A DNA stretch of 64,000 nt from contig JAUWLW010000011.1 of NCBI GenBank assembly GCA_030613505.1, positions 945-64,944 of the forward strand, in the 5' to 3' direction. This stretch comes from Candidatus Zixiibacteriota bacterium (GTDB taxonomy: Bacteria; RBG-13-66-14; B26-G2; WVWN01). Shown piece by piece: positions 48,562-58,251 of this stretch. A program made the translations under genes and the position numbers. Under the pieces are notes generated by a model, which saw only the letters and a list, made by a program, of their open reading frames with translations, was not told where the DNA came from and made no database searches. Numbering within the stretch: position 1 is the stretch's first letter; the number at the start of each line of letters is the position of its first letter.

Positions 48562-48622
48562 GGTTCAACCTCCAATTTCAAATACCTTTTGCGCCGGTCG
48601 GTAACAACCGGCGCCGCGGCGG

Positions 48623-49573
48623 TTACCGGAACAGCGCCTTCACCTTCCCCAGCGACGTGGGGGAGATGGCGGGGTTTTCCCATTTGAAATATTGTACCCG
48701 GTGGTGAGAATCAGCTATGTAAACGCGCTTGCCACTTGTCGGGAAAGCCACGTCCTCAGGGAAAACGAATTCCCCGTAAAATAAACCCAGGAAAGAACCT
48801 GTGGGCGTGAAATATTGGATACGACTATGGCCCATATCGGCGACGTAAACGTCGCCTTGGGCCGTAACGGCAACGCCACGAGGCATTAAGAATTGCCCGG
48901 CGCCATGCCCGGGAGACCCCCACATACCGATAAAAGACCCGTTAGCCGTGAAGTATTGTACGCGTTCGTTATCGATGTCTACGACGTAAACGTTGCCGCT
49001 GGGGGCCACCGCCAAGCCCCACAGACGGTTAAATTCGGCGGGGCCGGAGCCGGGGCTGCCCCACTTACCGAGGTACGAACCGGCGGAGGTGAAGTATTGG
49101 ACGCGGTCATTACCCCAATCGGCGACGTAAACGTTACCGCTCGAGGCGACGGCCACGCCGACGGGGAGGACAAATTGGCCGTTACCGGGGCCCAACGAAC
49201 CCCATTTGCCTAAAAAAGAACCCTCCGACGTGAAGTACTGAACGCGGTTATTGAAACGGTCGGCGACGTAAACGTCGCCGTTGTCGGCTACGGCTATGTG
49301 CATGGTTATCGTAAATTCGCCGTCGGCCGTACCGAGGCTACCCCACATACCTAAAAACGAACCCGTAGGCGTGAAATATTGAATGCGATGGTTGCCGTGG
49401 TCGGTCACGTATACGTTACCGCTGGGGGCTACCGCCAACCCGTAAATGTGTATGAACTCCCCTTTCCCGGAACCGTACGAACCCCACTGGCCCTCGAACA
49501 CCCACTCGCCCCAGGCGCAAAAGGCCGCCAACGCATACAGCGCCGCGGCCGTCATTATCGTCAGCTTCCTCAT
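48623..49573 (-). CDS. secreted NHL-repeat protein with C-terminal tag ...NPAISPTSLGKVKALFR
   Basis: Signal peptide MRKLTIMTAAALYALAAFCAWG. NHL repeats. Tag. Confidence 0.85.
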   Translation of the reverse strand: MRKLTIMTAAALYALAAFCAWGEWVFEGQWGSYGSGKGEFIHIYGLAVAPSGNVYVTDHGNHRIQYFTPTGSFLGMWGSLGTADGEFTITMHIAVADNGDVYVADRFNNRVQYFTSEGSFLGKWGSLGPGNGQFVLPVGVAVASSGNVYVADWGNDRVQYFTSAGSYLGKWGSPGSGPAEFNRLWGLAVAPSGNVYVVDIDNERVQYFTANGSFIGMWGSPGHGAGQFLMPRGVAVTAQGDVYVADMGHSRIQYFTPTGSFLGLFYGEFVFPEDVAFPTSGKRVYIADSHHRVQYFKWENPAISPTSLGKVKALFR

Positions 49574-49640
49574 TTCCCTTTACCTCCTCAAGCTACTGTC
49601 CTCTTAGATTAACTATAACAGGAAATACCGGACAGCGCCA

Positions 49641-49672
49641 ACTAAAAAAAGGGCCGACCTTAGGGTCGACCC
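49641..49672 (-). terminator. rho-independent terminator (GGGCCGACC-UUAG-GGUCGACCC + U7)
   Basis: Hairpin followed by a U-run on the minus sense. Confidence 0.55.
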
Positions 49673-49696
49673 GTACGTATATGAGCAAAAGGGAGG

Positions 49697-50659
49697 TTAT
49701 CTAAACAGCGCCTTCACGCGGCCGAGGGAGGCCGGCTCCACCGCGGGGTCGGAGGGGCGGAAGTACTGGATGCGGTCGTTATGGGTATCGGCCACGTAAA
49801 TTCTATCGCCCGCGGCGTTGGAAGCGATGCCCTCCGGTTCGTCGAATTGGCCGCGGCCCGTGCCGTACGTACCCCACTTGCCCAGGAAGGAGCCCGTAGC
49901 GGTGAAGTATTGGACGCGGTCGTTTTTGTTGTCGGTCACGAAAACGTGGTTACCGGCCGAGACGGCCACGCCGTACGGGTCGTCGAACCGGCCGTTGGCC
50001 GTGCCGTGCGAACCCCATTTGCCGAGGAACGAGCCCGTCGCCGTGAAGCGCTGGACGCGGTTGTTGTCGCCGTCGGCGACGTAGACGTTGCCGTTGGCCG
50101 CCACCGCTACGCCGACGGGGCCGTCGAACCGGCCGTTGGCCGTGCCGTGCTCGCCCCACTTGCCCAGGTAGGAGCCGGCGGAGTTGAAGTATTGGACGCG
50201 GTCGTTACCCCAATCGGCGACGTAAACGTTACCGCTCGAGGCGACGGCCACGCCGACGGGGAGGTAAAATTGGCCATTGCCGGGGCCCAACGAGCCCCAC
50301 TTGCCGAGGAACGAGCCGGTCGGCGTAAAATACTGCACCCGTTCGTTCATCCGGTCCGTTACGTAAACGTTGCCGTTCGGGCCCAGGGCTATGCCGGCGG
50401 GGAATTGGAACTGGCCGTCGCCGGAACCCGACGAGCCCCACTTCCCGTTGAAGGAACCGGTCGGGGTGAAATATTGGATCCGGTGGTTCCACTCGTCGGC
50501 TACGTAAACGTTGCCGCCCGGCGCCACGGCGACGCCGTCGGGCTGGTTGAACCGACCGTTGCCCGTTCCGGGCAATCCCCACTTGCCCGCGTAGACCCAG
50601 TCCGTGGCGGCGGCGGCCGCCGCGAGCGCCGCGGCCGTGATTATCGCGAGTTTCCTAAT
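49697..50659 (-). CDS. secreted NHL-repeat protein with tag ...DPAVEPASLGRVKALFR; canonical ATG replaced by ATT
   Basis: In-frame upstream extension IRKLAIITAAALAAAAAATDWVYAGKWG matches the signal peptides of paralogs. SD GGAGGT is intact. A TAA lies 2 codons upstream. The ORF track starts at TTG (50575). Confidence 0.55.
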   Translation of the reverse strand: MRKLAIITAAALAAAAAATDWVYAGKWGLPGTGNGRFNQPDGVAVAPGGNVYVADEWNHRIQYFTPTGSFNGKWGSSGSGDGQFQFPAGIALGPNGNVYVTDRMNERVQYFTPTGSFLGKWGSLGPGNGQFYLPVGVAVASSGNVYVADWGNDRVQYFNSAGSYLGKWGEHGTANGRFDGPVGVAVAANGNVYVADGDNNRVQRFTATGSFLGKWGSHGTANGRFDDPYGVAVSAGNHVFVTDNKNDRVQYFTATGSFLGKWGTYGTGRGQFDEPEGIASNAAGDRIYVADTHNDRIQYFRPSDPAVEPASLGRVKALFR

Positions 50660-50740
50660 TACCTGTTACCTCCTCGAGCTACCGCCCTCTGCGCATAAAT
50701 ATAATATAAAAACCTCGACGGCCACAAATAAAAACGGGCC

Positions 50741-50768
50741 GACCTTAAGGCCGGCGCGTACGTATATC
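50741..50768 (-). terminator. rho-independent terminator (GCCGGCC-UUAA-GGUCGGC + U5)
   Basis: Same terminator family as 49641 and 55062. Confidence 0.5.
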
Positions 50769-50826
50769 GCGGGGACAAGGGGCCGTTAACCGGCGGTTTT
50801 AACCGCCGGGTTGCCCCCTGTCCGAG

Positions 50827-50846
50827 CGGCCTTAGGGGCGCACAGC
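50827..50846. repeat. palindrome family member GGGCGCACAGCCGTGCGCCC
   Basis: Perfect 8+4+8 palindrome. Confidence 0.55.
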
Positions 50847-50902
50847 CGTGCGCCCTTACAAAAACTTTCCGCGTTTTCCGGTAACAACCGGCGCCACAGC
50901 GG

Positions 50903-50947
50903 TTACCGGAACAGCGCCCGGATACGGCCCGGCGAGGCGGCGACCCG
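50903..50947 (-). other. orphan, degenerate tag-coding remnant (...VAASPGRIRALFR*), out of frame with 50976..51986
   Basis: Reverse translation in the +1 frame relative to the NHL gene gives the tag. The NHL gene instead ends ...CGGCGGVLY*. Confidence 0.55.
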
Positions 50948-50975
50948 AATATAAACGCGCGTGAAGGCCACGCCC

Positions 50976-51986
50976 TCAGTATAGCACGCCGCCGCAGCCT
51001 CCGCACCCGTCGCGCGGCGTCCCGCCGCAAACAGGCGGCACCGGGATGGCGAAAAACTGGACCCGGTGGTTGCCGGAATCGACTACGTAAAGCAGTCCCT
51101 CGTACCGGGAGGCCGCGAGGCCGCGGGGGTGGTTGAACTCGCCGTCCCCGGCTCCCCGCCGGCCCCACGCGCCGACGAAATCGCCCGCGGAAGTGAACTC
51201 TTGAACCCGGCCGTTGCCCTTGTCGGCAACCAGTACGCCGTACCCGTCGCCCGTAACCGCTACCCCCTCCGGGAACCGAAACTCGCCGTGGGCCGAACCC
51301 TCCGAACCCCACGACGCAACGAAAGAACCGGCGGCGGTAAAACTCAGGACGCGGTGGCGTCCCCCGGCGCCGCCACCCTCGGTTACGTAAACCAGGTCGT
51401 CGCGCGGCGAGAGGGCGATGCCCAACGGGTAACCGAGGCGACCTTCGCCCTCGCCGGACCATTTTCCCAGGAAAACGCCGTCCGGGCCGAAACGTTGGAC
51501 GCGGCGGTTGAGAGTATCGACGACGTAGATCTCGCCGGAGAGGGGGTGGACGGCTACGCCGGTCGGGTACCGGAACTGGCCGTCGCCCTTCCCCTCCGAC
51601 CCGATCTGACCCAGAAACGAACCGGTGGAGGTGAAAATTTGGAGGCGGTGGTTGTACTTATCGGTGACGTACGTCGTCCCGTCCCAGGCCACGGCGACGC
51701 CGTGCGGCTCGCGGAACTGGCCGGGGCCGCCGCCCTCCGACCCCCACTTGCCGAGGAAGGAACCGCGCGAGGTGAAGTACTGGATCCGGTGGTTCAAGGT
51801 GTCGGCCACGTATACGTAGTGACGGTAAACGGCCACGCCGACGGGCGACAGGAATTGGCCGTCGCCCTTCCCCTCCGAACCCCACTGCCCCTTGTATTCG
51901 TAACGTCCGGGATCGCCGCGGGGCGTCGTCACCGTCGCGAGGACGAAAAGCAACGCCGCAGCAACTAAACGCCATAATGTTTTCAT
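50976..51986 (-). CDS. secreted NHL-repeat protein whose C-terminus has lost the tag (possible frameshifted or degraded end)
   Basis: Signal peptide MKTLWRLVAAALLFVLATVTTP. NHL repeats. Atypical Cys/Gly-rich C-terminus. A tag remnant lies 30-75 nt downstream. Confidence 0.65.
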   Translation of the reverse strand: MKTLWRLVAAALLFVLATVTTPRGDPGRYEYKGQWGSEGKGDGQFLSPVGVAVYRHYVYVADTLNHRIQYFTSRGSFLGKWGSEGGGPGQFREPHGVAVAWDGTTYVTDKYNHRLQIFTSTGSFLGQIGSEGKGDGQFRYPTGVAVHPLSGEIYVVDTLNRRVQRFGPDGVFLGKWSGEGEGRLGYPLGIALSPRDDLVYVTEGGGAGGRHRVLSFTAAGSFVASWGSEGSAHGEFRFPEGVAVTGDGYGVLVADKGNGRVQEFTSAGDFVGAWGRRGAGDGEFNHPRGLAASRYEGLLYVVDSGNHRVQFFAIPVPPVCGGTPRDGCGGCGGVLY

Positions 51987-51997
51987 CTTAACCCTCC

Positions 51998-52036
51998 TAC
52001 CGGGACAGCGCCCTCACGCGGCCCAGCGGAGGTACC
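51998..52036 (-). other. orphan tag-coding remnant (GKVPPLGRVRALSR*) between the T9SS-CTD gene and the next NHL gene
   Basis: +1 frame relative to the upstream gene. It ends at a TAG that directly abuts the SD of 50976..51986. Confidence 0.5.
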
Positions 52037-53975
52037 TTACCGTACCACCACCATACGCTTCGCCGCGGCCTCGCCGCCCGCCTCCAGCCGGTAAGTGTAG
52101 ACGCCCGGCGCGAGGTAAGACACGTCAAGCTTGAGCTTATTCGCGCCCGCGTCTGCCGACACGGCGCGGGAGGCGACCTTCCGCCCGGCCAGGTCGTAGA
52201 GCGCGAGCATGGCGTCGCAAGCCCCGGGGACCGAGAACGCGATCGTCGTGGCCGCTCGAGCCGGGTTGGGGACGTTCTGCGCCAGCGCGAAGGACGCTTT
52301 GCCGGCGCCGCCGGCGGTACAGTAAACCGGCCCGTAGGTCTCTTTGCCGCCGCTCAGGTCGACGGCCTCGAGCCAGAACTTATATTCCACGCCGCGGCCT
52401 ACTTCCCGGTCGAGGAAGTTATAAGGGGATTTGCCCGTGACGAGCGAAGCGTTGAGCCTGGCCTTAGCGTCGTCGCCCCCCGCGGAGGCGCGGTAGAGGT
52501 TGAAGCCGGCGCGGTTCCACTCGCCGGCGGTGGCCCAGCGGAGCAGGACGGCCTCGCCCTCGGCACGGGCGCCGAAGTAGTCCAGCTTGATGCCGATTCC
52601 CAAATCGGTATCGTAGCAGCAGGTATGGCGGCGGTCGTGGTTGTGCATGGGCCAGACCCGCGAGTCGGGGTCGCCGCCCAGGCGGAAAGCCTCGACGTAA
52701 CCGCCACCCCAATTAGAGGAGACGGTTACCATCTCAAGCGCGCCGTCGCGGTCAATATCCCATACGACCACCGAATTGCCGCTCGCGTCTCCCCTGGTCA
52801 CCACCGGGAAACCGGCCAGGGGAGAGCCGTCGTGGTTAAAACCTACAATATCGCCCCAATCTCCGTTCCCTACGATCTCGAAACGCCCGTCGCCGTCGAC
52901 GTCCGCCACCGCGGCGTTGCCTACGTCGCTTGCGCTGGAAACCGGAAAGCCGGGTATGGTGGTGCCGTCGTAATTCCACACGTAGACGTGGCCGCGCGAG
53001 TCATATTCGCGCGCTACGATTTCCAGATAGCCGTCGTTATCGATATCGGCCGCCGAGGCCGAAGCCCATATGCGTTTCACTTTTTTAGGCCACCCCGGCA
53101 AAACCTTGCCGTTTCCGCCCAGAAGGTAAAAATAACTCTGGCGCGGGTCCCACGACGGGGAAGCCGGCCCGGTCCCGAAAGCTATTTCCAAATCGCCGTC
53201 GTTGTCCCAATCCGCCAGCGTCGGCGCCGCGCCCGCCATGTACGTTTTCGCGTCGTGGAACAGGTACGGGAAGCCGCTCACGGCCGTACCGTCGGCGTTC
53301 CAGGCGAAAAGGGCGTGCCTACCCGCCCGGGTTTTACTCGAGAGGAGTATCTCCGGCTTGCGGTCGCCGTCTATGTCGCCTACCGCGAATCCGCTATAGG
53401 GCAAGCCGTATAGATTTTTGGGCCACCCGGGAAACCGCTTGCCGGCGCCGTCGTACACGCGGACCTTGCCGACGGGGTAGTTTCTCTCGGCGGCTATTAT
53501 CTCGCACGCGCCGTCGGCGTCCAGGTCCTCCAACGCTACCGTGCCGGATACGCGAATTTCATCTTTCGGAAACCCGCTCACGGCCTTGCCGTCGTGATGC
53601 CAGGCGTAAAGAGCGCCGCGGTCGCGGGCATACCAACCCCTGGCGCCGATTACGACTTCGAGGTCGCCGTCGCCATCTATATCGCCGACGGCCGGCGAGG
53701 ACGTGAAGTAATAACCGGACCGGTGGACCTGGGTCGGGAAGCCGGGGAATTCGGTCCCGTTGGGCCGCCAGACGTGACATTTCCCGTCGGCGGCGGCGAC
53801 CACTACGTCGTCCTTTCCGTTGCTATCGAGGTCGGCGACGACGGCCCCGTCGAGCGGCCGCAAAGAACCGGCTACGCCTATTGCTCTCTCCCAGAGCTTC
53901 ACCGGCCCTACGCCCCAAACGCCGAGGGGCGCGCACGCCGCGGCGCCGACGAAGCATAGAATTATCTTTCGCATG
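52037..53975 (-). CDS. FG-GAP/VCBS-repeat protein with T9SS type-A (FlgD Ig-like) C-terminal sorting domain
   Basis: Start trimmed to MRKIILCFVGAAACAPLGVWG. Many DxDGDG FG-GAP motifs. C-terminus LAQNVPNPARAATTIAFSVP...LYDLAGRKVA...GVYTYRLEAGG...KRMVVVR matches TIGR04183. Confidence 0.75.
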
Positions 53976-54030
53976 TCCCTACCCCTTTCCTCCTCGCCCC
54001 GGGACGCGGTCGCCGAGGCGGTATAAGCAA

Positions 54031-54050
54031 GGGCGCAAGGCCTTGCGCCC
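54031..54050. repeat. palindrome family member GGGCGCAAGGCCTTGCGCCC
   Basis: Perfect 20-bp palindrome abutting the stop of 54051..54992. Confidence 0.55.
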
Positions 54051-54992
54051 CTACCGGAACAACGCCCGCAGCCGTCCCAGCGACGTGGGCGCGACGGCGG
54101 GGTTAGCGTATTCGAAATATACGACCCTATGTCCACCATAGTCCGCCACGTAGACGCGACCTCCGTCCGGCGTCACCCGGACGCCGGTGGCCGAGAACCG
54201 GCAGAAAAAATTGAGGTAAGAACCGGAGGAGGTGTAGATATATATGCGTCGGTACCCCAACAGGCAGACGAACACGGTACCGTCCGTTCCCACGTCGATG
54301 CCCGTGGGGCCACTCATAAAGCCGGTGCCCCACTTGCCGAGGAAGGAGCCCGCGGCGGTGAAGTATTGCACGCGGTCGTTTTCGTACTCGGTGACGTAGA
54401 CGGTGCCGCCGCCGCTAAAGGCGATTTGGTCGGGCGTATTGAATTGGCCGTCGCCGGTACCGTACGAGCCCCACTTGCCGAGAAAGGACCCGGCGGCGGT
54501 GAAGTATTGGACGCGATGGTTTAGGCTGTCGGCTACGTAGACGTACCCGTTCGGCCCGCGCCGTACGCCGAACGGCTCGTTGAATTGGCCGTCACCCGAA
54601 CCCAACGCGCCCCATTTTCCCAGGAACGAACCCGTCGAGGTGAAGTATTGGACGCGGTGGTTGCCTATCTCGGAGACGTAGGCCGTGCCGTCGGCGGCGA
54701 CGTATATGCAGACCGGCTTGTCGAATTCGCCGTTGCCCGTGCCCCGCGAGCCCCATTTGCCGAGAAAGGACCCGGCGGCGGTGAAGTATTGGACGCGGTG
54801 GTTATGGGTGTCGGCGACGTAGACGTTACCGTTGGGCGCCAACGCCAAGCCGTACGGTATGTAAAACTGGCCGTCGCCCGACCCCTCGGAACCCCATCCG
54901 CCGGCCTTGACGTATCGGGGGGGCGAGGCCCAAACGCAAACGGCCGCCAGCGCGCCGAGCGCCGCGGCCGTAGTTATCGCGAGTTTCCTCAT
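54051..54992 (-). CDS. secreted NHL-repeat protein with tag ...NPAVAPTSLGRLRALFR
   Basis: MRKLAITTAAALGALAAVCVWA signal peptide. Confidence 0.85.
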   Translation of the reverse strand: MRKLAITTAAALGALAAVCVWASPPRYVKAGGWGSEGSGDGQFYIPYGLALAPNGNVYVADTHNHRVQYFTAAGSFLGKWGSRGTGNGEFDKPVCIYVAADGTAYVSEIGNHRVQYFTSTGSFLGKWGALGSGDGQFNEPFGVRRGPNGYVYVADSLNHRVQYFTAAGSFLGKWGSYGTGDGQFNTPDQIAFSGGGTVYVTEYENDRVQYFTAAGSFLGKWGTGFMSGPTGIDVGTDGTVFVCLLGYRRIYIYTSSGSYLNFFCRFSATGVRVTPDGGRVYVADYGGHRVVYFEYANPAVAPTSLGRLRALFR

Positions 54993-55061
54993 TTCCCTTT
55001 ACCTCCTCAAGCTACTGTCCTCTGGAAATAAATATAACATAAAAACCTCGACAGTTACGAA

Positions 55062-55090
55062 TAAAAATGCGCCGACCTGAAGGTCGGCCC
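55062..55090 (-). terminator. rho-independent terminator (GCCGACC-UUCA-GGUCGGC + U-run)
   Basis: Downstream of 55143..56243. Confidence 0.5.
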
Positions 55091-55142
55091 CTACAATTCC
55101 AGTTTAGCGGGGGCGGTTGAGGTCAACGGCGAGCTCCCCCGG

Positions 55143-56243
55143 TCATTTCAACTCGCCCTCGACCCTCTTGATATACCGCTTAACCTTCGCGTTCCCGGGG
55201 TCGTAGATCAGCGCCCGGCGCCAGGCCTTGAGCGCCGCCGTAAGCTTGCCGCGGGAATATAGGTCGAGGCCGTGGAGGAGGTAGGCGTCGACCAATTTAC
55301 CGCGGGCCGCGCCGTAGGTGGGATGCTCCCCCACGACGGCGCCGAGGATGCGTATGGCGCCGCCGATGTCGCCGCCGGAGAGAGCGGCCTTCCCCCGCCC
55401 GTAGGCTTCGACGGCCTCCGGCGGGATGGTACGTTTTACAACCTCCGGCTCCGGCTCGGGCCTGGGCACCGGCCTCGGCCTGGGCGCGGGCGCGCGAAGG
55501 CTCTCGGCGAGCAGGCGCTCCGACTCCTGCAGCAGCTCGTCCGCCTCGGCGTGGCCCGGGTACGCGGCGAGCACCTCTTTACTTATTTTTATGGCTTCGT
55601 GGTAATCGCCCCGGCCGTTGGCCTCCCCGACTTCGGCGAGTTTTTCCGCGACGGCCTCCTCCTCGGCGATGAGGGCCAACCTCTCTTCCTCGAGGCGCCT
55701 TGCCTCGGCGATGCGGGCCTGTCTCTCTTTCTCGAGCCGTCGAACGCGCCCCGTGCTGAAGCGCACGCCCACCTCGACCTTGAAACCGGTATCCGCTTCT
55801 TCGCCGACAAAGAAGAGGACGCCCGCATCCACGTACGGCGACAGCGACACCCGGGGAATGTCGAAGTCGCAGCCGGCGGCGAAGTTGACATACGCGCCGG
55901 TCTTTGCCTCGTTTATTTTTGTATCGTCCTCGTCTAAGGCGTGGGCGGCGCCCAGGCCGAACGCCAGATGGGGCTGGAAGACGTCGTGAAGGCTGGGGAT
56001 AACGTAAAACCTCGCCGCGGCGCCGCCGTAGAACGCGCGGCCGCCGCCGAAGCCCAGCGCGAACTCCGGCCCGATGCAGACGTACGGCGAGAGCATGAAG
56101 TTGCGCTCGCCGCCGACGTAGCCGTCGGCGAGGCCGCCGGCGCCCAGGCCGAAGGTCAAGCCGGAAAGGCCGTGTGGCAAAGCAATCGCGGCCGATGTGG
56201 CCGCGAGCGTCAAAACCGCCGCAATCGTCGCCGTTTTTTTCAT
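55143..56243 (-). CDS. outer-membrane beta-barrel-like N-domain + coiled coil + Pro-rich linker + TPR-like C-domain protein
   Basis: Signal peptide. Gly/aromatic-rich N-terminal 170 aa. PRPRPVPRPEPEPE linker. Helical C-terminus. Confidence 0.55.
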   Translation of the reverse strand: MKKTATIAAVLTLAATSAAIALPHGLSGLTFGLGAGGLADGYVGGERNFMLSPYVCIGPEFALGFGGGRAFYGGAAARFYVIPSLHDVFQPHLAFGLGAAHALDEDDTKINEAKTGAYVNFAAGCDFDIPRVSLSPYVDAGVLFFVGEEADTGFKVEVGVRFSTGRVRRLEKERQARIAEARRLEEERLALIAEEEAVAEKLAEVGEANGRGDYHEAIKISKEVLAAYPGHAEADELLQESERLLAESLRAPAPRPRPVPRPEPEPEVVKRTIPPEAVEAYGRGKAALSGGDIGGAIRILGAVVGEHPTYGAARGKLVDAYLLHGLDLYSRGKLTAALKAWRRALIYDPGNAKVKRYIKRVEGELK

Positions 56244-56321
56244 ATCCCTACACGCCTGCGCCCCTCCGGCGCCTTAGCTTACATTATAACACAACGCCGG
56301 CGGCGAAGCAAATCGCGTAAA

Positions 56322-56366
56322 AGGAAAGGCCGCCCCGGCGGGCGGCCCTTCAAGGACAAGGGGCTA
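56322..56366 (-). terminator. two tandem GC hairpins (GGCCGCCCCGGCGGGCGGCC; AGGGGCTAAAGCCCCT) downstream of 56377..56964
   Basis: Minus-sense U-rich tail after the first hairpin. Confidence 0.4.
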
Positions 56367-56376
56367 AAGCCCCTCC

Positions 56377-56964
56377 TTAACGAAATACCGCCCGGACGCG
56401 GCCCAGCGAGGTTGGGGAGACGGCGGGTTCGCCGGCGTCAACGACGACGTTGTCCAAGTCCCAGGCGTAAACGGCTACGTGCTGCGGGTGCCGGTTCTGG
56501 ACCCACACCTCGAAGCGGGCCTTCACCAGGCCCTCGTGCGTCGCGACCGCCGTACCCCTAAATACCCGCCACGTGGACGTCAACGGTATCCGGTGCGAGG
56601 CGAAAACCTCTTCCGGCTGGGTCGCGTAGAGCAACGAGAAGGTCGCCCGGTTCTCCGCCTCGAAGCCGCCGTGGCCGTACTTGTAGTCGAAACGAAACGC
56701 CAGCTCGGTTTTGGCGGGCACGGCGAAGGAGTAGGTATCCATCTTGGCCCACCGCTCGGCGCTCGCGGAGCTGGACGCCCACCCCACGGCGAACTTCCCC
56801 CACGGCCCGCCGGCTTCCGCGTCCCAGCCGGCCCCCGCGCCGCTCTTGCTCGACGTCCACCGGGGCGGCGGAACGCTTTGCTCAAACTTTTCGTCGACGT
56901 AGGTCGCGGCGTCCGCAAAGCCGGCCGCCGCCAACGCAGCTACTACTATAAGCCATAACTTCAC
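56377..56964 (-). CDS. secreted non-NHL protein (fold B) with tag ...EPAVSPTSLGRVRAVFR
   Basis: GTG start at 56964 with a perfect SD GGAGGTG 6 nt upstream. Signal peptide MKLWLIVVAALAAAGFADA. Confidence 0.6.
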   Translation of the reverse strand: MKLWLIVVAALAAAGFADAATYVDEKFEQSVPPPRWTSSKSGAGAGWDAEAGGPWGKFAVGWASSSASAERWAKMDTYSFAVPAKTELAFRFDYKYGHGGFEAENRATFSLLYATQPEEVFASHRIPLTSTWRVFRGTAVATHEGLVKARFEVWVQNRHPQHVAVYAWDLDNVVVDAGEPAVSPTSLGRVRAVFR

Positions 56965-57253
56965 GTTGGTCACCTCCGTGAGGCGATATCTCGCGCGAAG
57001 GCCGTCGGCGCCTTGCCGCCGGCCGAAAGGCATACGCCGAAAAACAACGCCAGGTCGGCCGTTTGGCCTACCTGGGCACTGTTCGCTTCCGCGCGGCTCT
57101 TGCCGCGACGTACCGGCGTTACGCCCGATTCCGTTTCCCCCGACATATCTTAGCCACCTTGACAAGCCAATATAAAATAATTCGTTGAATTAGTCAATTA
57201 AAAAGTGTCCCAATCATCAAACGGCGTTACGCCGCGCCCGCCCCTTCCGAATG

Positions 57254-57275
57254 GGGGCGTACAGCTGTACGCCCC
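57254..57275. repeat. palindrome family member GGGGCGTACAGCTGTACGCCCC
   Basis: Perfect 22-bp palindrome overlapping the stop codon by 1 nt. Upstream arm CGCCCC (57241-57246) can alternatively pair with it. Confidence 0.6.
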
Positions 57276-58240
57276 TACTTAAATATCGCCTTTACCCGGC
57301 CGAGGGAGGTGGGGGTAACGCGCGCCACGTTCCGGTTGAAGTACTGGACGCGGCAGTTGCCCGAGTCTCCGACGTACGCCCGGGCGCCTGATCCCGAAAC
57401 GGCAACGTGCGCCGGCTGTTCGAATTGACCTTCCCCGGCCCCCCTCGAGCCCCATTTGCCGAGGAAGGACCCGCTCGAGGTGAAGTATTGCACGCGGTGT
57501 AAGTCAATGTCCGTCACGAAGAAGTCGCCGTTAGGCGCGGCGGCGATGCCCCACGGCGCTAAGAACTCGCCGTCCCCGCGGCCCTCGCGGCCTACAACGC
57601 CGAGTAACGAACCCGCGGCGGTGAAGCACTGCACGCGAGAGTTCAGCGTATCCGCTACGTACACGCGGCCGTTGGGGCCGACGGCTACGCCGCAAGGCAT
57701 CACGAACTGCCCCGCCGCCGAGCCGTAGTACCCCCATTTGCCGAGAAACGAACCGGCGGGCGTGAAATATTGTATACGATGGTTCAAGGAATCCGCTACG
57801 TAGACGTTCCCGTTCCCCGCAACGGCGACATCTTCGGGGAGGAAAAGTTGACCGTCGCCGGAACCGAACGTGCCCCACTGGCCCAAGTACGAGCCGGCGG
57901 CGGTAAAGTACTGGATACGGTCATTACCCTCGTCCGCGACGTACACGCGGCCGCCACCGGCAACTGCCATGCCGGTGGGTTGTTCGAATTGGCCGTTACC
58001 AGAGCCGAACGAACCCCAACGCCCCAAGAACGAACCGGACGCGGTGAAGTATTGCACGCAATCGTTTGCGTGGTCAGATACGTAAACGTTACCCGTGGGC
58101 CCGACCGCAACGCCGCGAGTTGAGTTAAACTGGCCGTTCCCCGAACCGCGACTGCCCCATTGGCCCTCGTACGTCCAAGCGCCCCAGGCCGCGGCGGCCA
58201 CGAGCGCCGCCGCCGTCAAAACAACTAAAACCCTCTTCAC
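57275..58240 (-). CDS. secreted NHL-repeat protein with tag ...VTPTSLGRVKAIFK
   Basis: MKRVLVVLTAAALVAAAAWGA signal peptide. Confidence 0.85.
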   Translation of the reverse strand: MKRVLVVLTAAALVAAAAWGAWTYEGQWGSRGSGNGQFNSTRGVAVGPTGNVYVSDHANDCVQYFTASGSFLGRWGSFGSGNGQFEQPTGMAVAGGGRVYVADEGNDRIQYFTAAGSYLGQWGTFGSGDGQLFLPEDVAVAGNGNVYVADSLNHRIQYFTPAGSFLGKWGYYGSAAGQFVMPCGVAVGPNGRVYVADTLNSRVQCFTAAGSLLGVVGREGRGDGEFLAPWGIAAAPNGDFFVTDIDLHRVQYFTSSGSFLGKWGSRGAGEGQFEQPAHVAVSGSGARAYVGDSGNCRVQYFNRNVARVTPTSLGRVKAIFK

Positions 58241-58251
58241 CTCTTAACCTC

